Source of the DNA: Vicugna vicugna
Taxonomy: Eukaryota
Direction: 5' to 3'
Assembly: GCA_013265495.1 (NCBI GenBank)
Contig: MU058226.1
Coordinates: 272,741 to 336,740, forward strand
Length of the DNA stretch: 64,000 nucleotides
Shown here: one piece after another, positions 42,221-64,000 of the stretch
Position numbering within the stretch: the first letter of the stretch is position 1
Layout of the letters: every line of letters begins with the position of its first letter
Program-made: the position numbers and the translations under genes
The notes under the pieces: model-generated
Databases searched by the model: none
What the model was told of the DNA's origin: nothing
What the model saw: only the letters and a program-made list of their open reading frames with translations

Positions 42221-45200
42221 CTGGGGGCTTTGTTCCTCTGAGCTGGCTTTGGGCCCTAGGATTTTTCCCTCCATCCATAGCCTGCGCCTCCAGTTCTTTG
42301 AGGAGAGACCCGCCAGCAAATGGGACTTATTTTTCCCTTATGAGGGGGAAAATAAATAAAACCCGAGAGAGTAGGCAGGGAGAGCAGGAGGAGGAAAAGC
42401 TAGACTTTAAGGAGCATTTCCCTGACGGAGACTGGGCTTCGGGAGGGTGCGGGTGGAATACTTCCTACAGTTCACTGGGAGGCATGGGCAGGACCCCAGG
42501 AGAGGTGGTCTGTTGAGAGAACAGCCCTAGGCGTGCAGGGCAGAGCCTCTCTCTGGGGCTTTATGTCATGGACTCTAGGAAGTGTGCATAATCATCTGGG
42601 CTCCAGCCATTCATCCAAGTATTCTTTATGAAGTTATGGGAACTGCCAGAGATTGGCGGGGATCCCAATACCAGTAGTTGGTAATGCTGGCAGGGGGACA
42701 CGCCTCTTTCCATGTCCCTTCTCATATGATGATTTTTCACCCCCTCTCCCCCAATAGCTCTTCTATTCCTTTTTCAAGTCCCTTGTGGGCAAGGATGTGG
42801 TCGTGGAACTCAAGAATGACCTGAGGTAGGTACCTGTTCCAACAAGTCTGTAGGGGGTGGACGTACCTAGCATCCTGGAACTTCTTTATGTTGACAAGTA
42901 TTTGAGGGCTAGGCAAGGTAGGGGAGAGACAAAAGAAATGACTTTTGCCTTAAGCTCTCAGATTAGCTAGGAAATTGTATCTTCTATTGGAAAACAATAC
43001 AAAGAAATATGTAAGGAGTAAGTACTAAAGAGAAGTCAAGGCAGAGGCATCAGTAACATTTTTTACAAAACAGTTTTGTTTTTCTGATTAAATTATATGC
43101 TCCTTTGACCCAACTTTTAGAAACGTAAGTATTGGTTCCACAGGTAAAGACGTTTGTACAAGGATGTTGATGGTTTTGTTTGTAATAGCCAAAAATTGGA
43201 AACAAATAGCCATCACTAGGGAATAGGTTAGATTGTGATATAGCTGTATAATACAGCTGTCACATGGAAATAAGATGTATTAATATGGAAAGCTTTTGCA
43301 AAATAGTATATGTGGCATAGTCTCCTTTTTGTTGGAGAAAATTTAAAAGATAAACAGAAGACCAATGTGGTCCATTCTGTGTGTGCTGCTTTTCCATCCC
43401 CTACCTCCTTGTATCATTAGCTTTTAATCATCTTTCAGGACTTGTATTAAATGCTGTATCCTTGGACCTCAAATTGTGATTTATGGAAATATGTTTACTG
43501 TTTAGAGCTTGTCCTTCCTAAAGGGCCAGGACCATATTTAAGCTCACCATTGTATACTTAACATCTAGCACAGGCCTGGTATATAGTAGATGCTTAATAA
43601 ATGTGCTGAAGGAAAGAAAACTAGCTCATATTTGAGAACCTCCTATAGACTAAGCACTACTCTGAATACTTTACATTTATTAACTCATTTAATTCTCACA
43701 ACACCTCTACCTGACATATATGGTTGCTTTACACATGAGGATACTGAAGCTTGACTAGGTTAAACTTGGTTAAGTCTAGACAACTAGTAAAAGACAAAGC
43801 CAGAACTTAAATCCCATTCTGTCCCCCCTTTTTCTTTGTTTGTTTTTAATTAAAAATAGGGCATATTCTCTAAGCAGTTGGAAAACTTGCTTTCACCTAA
43901 CAGTATGTTGTGGATATTTTCCACGTTAATATAGTTCACCCTTAACATTATTAATGTCTGACTGGCATTTTTGTTAGCTGGCTAGAACTCATTTAACCAA
44001 GACCTTGCTGTTGGATATATAGGCTGTTTCCAAGTCTTTGCTTTTTACAACTGATGCTGCCCTGAACATCCTGAACATCATCATGCATACATCTTTGTAT
44101 ACATCTTATTTCTTTGGAAAAAATCCTTTAAACAAATGTACATTCAAAATATTGATGCATATTACCTGGTTGTCCTTTAGAAAGTTTGAATCAATGTATT
44201 CTCTTCCCAACAGTTTCTTCTACATTTTTCTGTGAGAATTTTTTAGTAGGGGAAGGGGGAGGGGAGATTTTAGATCAGAGATTTTGATTTGTGGCACTGG
44301 CAGTGCATCTTGTGTTGATGGCATATATATTGGATCCATATACAGTGATAAGTGTGGAAGCCACGACCATCCTTGGCAGTTCTGTGAGGTGACTTGTGTT
44401 TGATTTTCCTCTTTTCTCCTTCCTGGGCCCTCCACATGGCAAGAGTAACTGCTATGTTATAGCCCAGACCCTAAAGCAAGGACTTGTAAGATATGAAGAT
44501 ACTCCGTTGGGTTGGGAGAAGAGCTCTTTCTCTCATGCTTGTTGTCAGATCACTTTTGTGCCAGGTAGCTCATTCCTAAGGGACTGAATGAAATGACACC
44601 ACCTTATGCAGTTCCTTATGCAGACGTTGGTTGGCCCTGTCAAAGGCATTTTTCAGCAGCCAGCAATTTGGTGAAACCACCACTGAGGCAGTTGGTCTCA
44701 GACACTGGATTTCAAACAATAAGAATTTTACAAAAATTAGGGCTCAAAAGAGAATTGATATCTTTAATTTTGGCAAGATAAGGACATTTTAAACTGCCAT
44801 TTATTAAAATCATTTCATTAATTTTTTTTAATACAAAAAATAGGAAGGGCAATTAAAGAGCAGAGAGCAGTTATTCTTAGGGGAAAACTATTGACAACCT
44901 TTCGGACCTTACATACACACTATGCTAGCCTGTGTTTTCTCTTTTGTCATGGACTCATGAAACTAGCACATATCAGTGTTGAAAATCAGAGTTCTAAGGA
45001 ACTTAGAATCTGGTGATGATATGCAGGGTGGTTAGGATGAGGGCAGCCAGGTTGGAGACTAGCCTGGTTTGCAGTATAAAATCATACTAGAAAGAGAAGT
45101 GCAAAAATGTTAAAAAGACATCAGCAAAATGAAGGGGATTCATGGGACATGGAGGTGGAGAAGTACAACTTATAGGATTTGGGGTTGTGAAACTTGGTGT

Positions 45201-46255
45201 TGAAGCCATTGACAGAAATGAAGAAATTAAGAGAGGGGTAGCATGGTTTGGAGCACTGGTGTTTGGCTAGCATTCCTTATTAATGTTTCAGGAGGCTTGA
45301 GGAAGGGAGAGGGTATCTCTCATGCCTGCATCATCAAGAACATTGCTAGCAATTTATCTACTTTACATATGGGACTCTGGTTCCAAAGCAATACATACTT
45401 GAAAATACCTGATGGTTCTGAGAGAAAGGCTTAGAGTCCCTGTTTATTTGTTCTAAACTTGTGCAAATTATACAAACTTCCTGAGCCTGTGGATGGTTAA
45501 TAGCTACCTTATGAAGTGGCTGTAAAGATTACAAACACTATGCAGAATACAGGTCTAGCACATAACCATTGTTTAATGGTAGCTACTAAGAGTGAGTTGG
45601 TTTAGGGAGAGGAGCTGTGAGGTCTAAACACACTGCTCTGGAAGCACTTTCTTTTCCACTCCAGAGCTCAGGCATGACCCCTTTGGGTTCTACCATTTCT
45701 CGTTTCCTCATATCCTGTACTTACCCCAACCATGTTCTTACCTCTGCTCTGAAGTCATCTCTACATTGACTTTGGTATAAACTAACTTGGTTTTTCCCTC
45801 TCTGCCCCTGACAGCATCTGTGGAACCCTCCATTCTGTGGATCAGGTGAGCTATAGCAAGGGCCCTGAATCTGGTCTTGGGGAAGGAGAGGAGAGGGCTT
45901 AAAAAGGCAGGGTACTTGCATCTTGTCTCTAATACTAATGATGTTCATCTTCTTTTCTTAGTATCTCAACATCAAACTGACTGACATCAGTGTCACTGAC
46001 CCTGAGAAATACCCTCACATGGTGAGTTGTGGGTGGTACAGAAGAGGAAACACCTCTAAAAGCAGGAGGCCCTTGGGTGGATAGAGGGTATTTTTCAGGA
46101 TGTTTTCACATTTGTCTATCTCTGTCTAGTTATCAGTGAAGAACTGCTTCATCAGGGGCTCAGTGGTTCGCTATGTGCAGTTGCCAGCAGATGAGGTGGA
46201 CACACAGTTGCTACAGGATGCAGCAAGGAAGGAGGCCCTGCAGCAGAAACAGTGA
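42137..46255 (+). CDS. LSM2: U6 snRNA-associated Sm-like protein LSm2, 95 aa, 5 exons
   Basis: Exons 42137-42139 (ATG only), 42758-42825, 45815-45845, 45962-46021, 46130-46255 splice GT-AG to MLFYSFFKSLVGKDVVVELKNDLSICGTLHSVDQYLNIKLTDISVTDPEKYPHMLSVKNCFIRGSVVRYVQLPADEVDTQLLQDAARKEALQQKQ; AATAAA at 46598. Confidence 0.95.
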
Positions 46256-47159
46256 TGATTCCTTCTCCCTCCCTCTTCTTCCATTGATGACCCTTAACCT
46301 CATGTCCCAGCTCAGGATACCTCCCTCGCCTTACTTGAGGTGTTGGTTTTGTTTTTGTTTTTCATAGTGAAGGCTTTTTTTTTTAAAGGATAAGTGGATG
46401 AGAGGAATAATAGTGGGCAGCTGCTGTCCTCTGTTAAGAAGGGGAGGAAAAGTAGGCTGGGGAACTTCGAAGCTTTCCCAGTCCCCATCTCTTGCCTTTT
46501 TCGCTTCTCCTCTGGTGATGGTGGGAGAATCTCCCAGATCTCTCCAGGGTAGCATGTGATTCATTTTGGGGATGGAAGGAATCTGTCCCGCATCGGGAAT
46601 AAAATTTATGATGCAAAATCGTGTTCTGGTTGCGTGTGTGTTTTGGGAAGGTGGCTGGAAGGTGGGAAAGGGGTGTTAAATCCATCCAAGCCCTGTTACA
46701 CTCATTACCCCAGCCAAGAATCCAGCTTATCCTGGCATTACCTGCTACTGCTTTCCTTGGTATAAACCATAAAATACCCGAACTGCACTACAGCATGTTT
46801 CCTGAACATGCCCCTACCTGCAGGACCTACCTACCAGTCTTTCGCTTACACTGTATCTTGGAGTGCTTGCTGTCCTATTAACATGAAAGCCAATGAGATA
46901 CCAAAATGCATTTGATGCTGCTAGATTTATTCCTCAACCCAGCCAAATCGCAGATAAGTACAAACAAGTGACAAACACAATTTTTACTGTGGGGAGTTGG
47001 AATGAGGGATTTAACACTCCATTCAGCAAACGAGTTCTCGCTACAGATTATAGTTCTCAGCACGGAGAACCATCCAGTGCGACTCCCCTTTCTCACTGAA
47101 GAAGAAATGAGCCCCAGGGAGGAGGTGAACGCCAGGTGCCTTGGCCAAATGGACCCCAA

Positions 47160-47740
47160 TCCTTGCGTGTCGGTAACCGGCAGCATCCTCCCAGCCGCTT
47201 CTCCGGCTGCCCGCTGGGCGCCGCCCTCCCGCCCGGCCCGACCGAGGACCCAGGCGGGGTGCCCGCGGCGGCGCCTGACGGGAGTGAGGTTCCCCGGCGG
47301 TGCTCCCCCGACCCCCTCCCCGCGCCGGCGCCCCGCGTCGTTCCTCGCGAGTGCGGCCTGCGGCGGGCGGCGTGGTCTCCGGGCCAGGGTCGGGCAGGGC
47401 AGGCTCCGCACACGCAGGCGGGGTACGGCCGCCCGCGCCAGGACCCGCGGGTCCGGAAACGCTCGCGGTCACAAAGGGGGGAACACGTGGGCGCCGACGG
47501 CTCGGGCCGCTGTCGCAGGGAGCTAGGGTCGCCCGGAGAACCGCCTGCCGTCCCTGCCCGCCCTACTCCTCGGCCTCGGCCGCCAGGCCAGTCCAGCTTC
47601 GGCCGGCGCCCGGCTATGAGGTGGATGTTCGGCTCAGTGTGACTACTTCCCTTCCAGTACGTACCAGCAGCCCGAACCCGCGTCCTACCGGACGCCGAGG
47701 GGCTCCGACTAGCTTCTCACTCCCCAAGGACCCGCGATCA
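47160..47740 (+). promoter_or_regulatory. VARS1 CpG-island promoter / non-coding first exon region
   Basis: CpG-dense stretch upstream of the acceptor at 47929; E-box CACGTG at ~47484, ETS CCGGAA. Confidence 0.7.
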
Positions 47741-47856
47741 TGGGAAGTCCCCCACTGTCATTGCCACTCCAAGACCTGGGCCCTCAGCTCTTGAGACCCG
47801 ATCAGACCCTTAGTCCTGGGGGCTTCGAGCGCCTGAGGAAGAGGAGCTGCCGATAG

Positions 47857-60629
<12,773 letters not shown>

Positions 60630-61485
60630 TATACCCAGCTCCAACCCTCACAACCCCCAGTAGTCCACCATGGGGATGGCAGCAATAAAATATTTTGCCA
60701 CGAAACCATCTCTTGATTGTGTGTGTGGTGGGGCTGGGGAGGCAGTGCTGAGGGGCTGGATTCCTGAATCCTCAGGGGTGCCAGTGTGAACAATAGGATA
60801 GCAGCAGGCATGGGTAGGGCACTGGGTCCTGGTGGGGAGAGATGCATCTGTCTGGGTCTGGCCCTGGACCTGAGCCAGGCCTGAGTCATGCTGCTTGCCA
60901 CTCGCTGCTCACTCCCTCCTCCAGGCTCTTCGCCAGCCACTCACCTCCGCATTGCGGACAGTCAAGGGAGGCCCTCCCTGGTGCTGGCTGCTGCTGGTGG
61001 CCTTAGGCAGGCGAGAGAAGAGGGGCCAGGTGCTGCCCGTCCTGCCCCCACCGTGCTGGGGCCTCCCTCCGCCTCCACTGAGTCAGCCTAGGTTAATTAT
61101 AACTCTGACCTAAGTGCCCTGTGACGCCACGCCCCGGCGGCCCTGCCCAGAGACCCAGCAACCAGGTAGGGGAGAGGCCTAGAGAGGAGACTTTCTGTGT
61201 GTGTGTGTGTGGGGGGTCAGCCTGCGGGTGGGGAGGGGCCGCCTGGGGGAGGAGCCTCAGGCCCCTCCTCTGCAGGTGTAAGTCCCTGTTGGCCTGATAG
61301 GCCCTCAGGTTGTCTGGATGAGTGAAGGGAGAGGGCGGGGAAGCCAGCTGGAGCAGATAAGGTACTTGAGGCAAAGCGGAAAAAGGGAACAAAGCAGGTG
61401 CCCATGGAGACAAACAATGCCAGGCTTGCCCTGGAATTGCTGCTGCCTTCTCCTCCCTTCTGTCCCCCAGGTCCATGTCTCAGCT

Positions 61486-63613
61486 ATGCTCCCTGTGGAC
61501 GTGCCCCTATCCCACCTGGGCCCCTCAGTGCTGCTGCTGCTGCAGCTACTGCTCCCCCCGGCATCTGCCTTCTTCCCCAACATTTGGAGTCTCCTGGCTG
61601 CCCCCGGCTCCATCACCCACCAGGACCTGACTGAAGAGGCAGCTCTCAACGTCACCCTGCAGCTCTTCCTGGAGCAGCCGCCACCAGGTCGGCCCCCCCT
61701 TCTTCTTGAGGACTTCCTGGTGAGCCTCCCTGGGTCCCGTCAAATCCCAGCCGGATTCCCCCATTCCCAGGGACCTCTACTCCTTAAGGGCCCTGCCTGC
61801 TGAGAGAAGGGACCTCCCTCTCCCCTCTCCCTGCATCCCCTCCTCTCCTCCCAGTAGCAACAATACCCAGGAGTCCTGGGCTTAAAACCCAGGAGTCCCA
61901 CTTCCTCTAGGGCCCAGCACCCTCAAATCCTTCCATACCCAGCCTGAGTGCCAGTGCTGAGGAAACGTGGGCAGTGGTCCTATTCAAGGGGCTTCCCTGG
62001 AACCCCTATCCCCTACCACTCTCCCAGGGCCGCACCCTCCTGGCCGATGACCTCTTTGCTGCCTACTTTGGACCTGGGTCTCCCTCTCGGCGGTTCCGAG
62101 CAGCGTTAGGTGAGGTGTCTCGAGCCAATGCCGCCCAGGACTTCCTGCCAACTTCCAGGAATGACCCTGACCTGCATTTTGATGACGAGCGGCTAGGCCA
62201 GGGACGCACACGCCTGGTGGGGGCTCTACGGGAGACGCTGGTGGCAGCCAGGGCCCTTGACCACACCCTGGCCCGCCAGCGCCTTGGGGCTGCGCTTCAT
62301 GCCTTGCAGGTGAGAACAGGGCTGGGGTAATGGTCAGAGGGGTCTTTGCTTCCAGTCTTCCCTACTCCCCAATGGTGCCCTCTTAGTCAAGCCTACCCTA
62401 CTCAAGAAGGGCCTGGGTGCTGCTTGCCAATGTCCTGGAGCGATTCCCTAGTCCCCACCTCCAAACTGGCAGCACATCCCCTGGCAACAGCCAGGAGCCA
62501 TTGCAGATGGGGACAAGTGAGTGAGAGGACAGTGCTCAGGTTGAGGTGGGCCATGCAGGCCACTGAAAGGCCTTTGGTTGGACGCAGTGAGATAGGAAGA
62601 AACACTGGGAGACTCCCACGTCAGTGAAGCTCTATCCTGGGCAAGGGAGAGAGCAGGGGAGGGGACTTGGGGCGTCTGAAGGAGTGGTAGGGTAGAAGGC
62701 TTTCAGGGTGGGCAACTGGAAGGAGTGGGGAGTTAGGGCTGGAGATGGTGTGACCAGACTAGCACTTTGTTCCCCTTCTCTTCCTTTCCCTTGGGACCAG
62801 GATTTCTACAGTCACAGCAACTGGGTGGAAATGGGGAGGCAGCAGCCACATCCTCAACTCCTCTGGCCAAGGCAGGAGCTCCAGAGCCTGGCACAAGGTG
62901 CGGCCATGACCCCGGGAGTGAGGGGGGAGCCCACGGAGTCACCTCCTCTCAGCCCATCCAGCCACTGTGTCATATCCTAAGGTCACATAGGCTGTGACAT
63001 CACTTCATTTCTGGAACCACCTGTGAGGTCCCTCAGTTCAACCAAAGGCCACTTCCCCAAGGTCACACGGGGAAGGACAGAGCCAGCACCAGGTCTACGC
63101 CTCAGGGAGTTCTCTGTCATCCATGTGGCTTCCTCCCCTCACTGGATCACATGGGGCTTTCTCACTGTCCCTTCATCCTTCCAACTGATCTATGACCTGG
63201 AAGGTACCTCCTGCCTATTACAAGTTCACTTCACAAGCTCACAGAGGGCACGCTCCCTTTAGGATTGGTCCCCACACTTCTGGGTTTTCTAGCCCAGTCC
63301 CAGTCTCAAATGTTGAGTCTCATTGCTGGCCCATGAATTCCAGGTTTTAGTTCAGAAAGCCTAGAAGGGTAGCTTTGAGGGGTACCTATGGGCTTCCACC
63401 TTGTTCCAGTTGGGAGGAAGAGTTGAAGAAGTTTGGGTGGACAGGGATAAAGGTCAGGGGCAACAGAATCCTGAGTACCAGACCCCTGCCCTCTCTTCCC
63501 AGTGGACGATCCTACCTGCTCCGACTGTGAGGAGTTGAGCTGCCCTGGGAATTTGCTGGGCTTCACGCTCCTCACCTCTGGCTACTTTGGAACTCATCCT
63601 TCCAAACCTCCAG
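61486..63613 (+). CDS. VWA7: von Willebrand factor A domain-containing protein 7 (5' part; continues beyond the window)
   Basis: Exons 61486-61719, 62028-62309, 62801-62897, 63503-63613; signal peptide [49 protein letters not shown] motif; syntenic after VARS1. Confidence 0.9.
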
Positions 63614-64000
63614 GTACCAGACTGGAAAGCCTCCAGAAGGAGAGAAAGTCACTTCCTAGGGATCTCAGTTCTGTAGGCCCTTCCTTGTCCTGTTTCCTGT
63701 GGCATCACTTCCTGAAAGGAGAGGAGGTTGGGAAGGAGGTGGGCGGATGAAGGCCCATTGACGTGGCCATGATTGTTGGGGTTGGGGAGCAGCTTCTTAC
63801 TCAGTTGATAAAACTTCTCCATTGCCTGAAGGCAGCTTTTGGGGACTGATTGGAGGGACTAGGGGATTCACCTTGTGCTGTGATGATTGCCTATTCCAGA
63901 TTAACTCCAGATTTGCCCTCTACAAAATTTTCTGCTGATCCTTTGCTGAGAAATGAGAGGATCAGGCCAGGTCAGGAAGGGTCTCATTTTCTTAGGAGGC

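Noticed and set aside
46878..47794. Several 100-177 aa ORFs upstream of VARS1
   Set aside because: CpG-island artefacts on both strands

Overview
Mammalian genomic DNA from the MHC class III region, most likely a camelid (abundant tRNA-Ala-derived Vic-1-type SINEs), in reverse orientation relative to human chr6. Gene order: ~19 kb of repeat-rich intergenic DNA (L1, MaLR, solo LTRs, and a decayed two-LTR ERV1 provirus with gag/env remnants), then the snoRNA host gene SNHG32/C6orf48 (-) with SNORD52 and SNORD48, intronless HSPA1B (-) and HSPA1A (-), HSPA1L (+, head-to-head with HSPA1A), LSM2 (+), VARS1 (+, 29 coding exons, 1264 aa) and the 5' part of VWA7 (+). The most notable observations are two additional C/D-box snoRNA-like elements in other SNHG32 introns carrying the SNORD52 guide, an orphan CpG island with a perfect heat-shock element between the two inducible Hsp70 genes, gene-conversion patches of HSPA1A-like sequence inside HSPA1L, and a GC-AG intron in VARS1. 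Gene names come from recalled human orthologues and synteny; no database search was run, and repeat boundaries are approximate.
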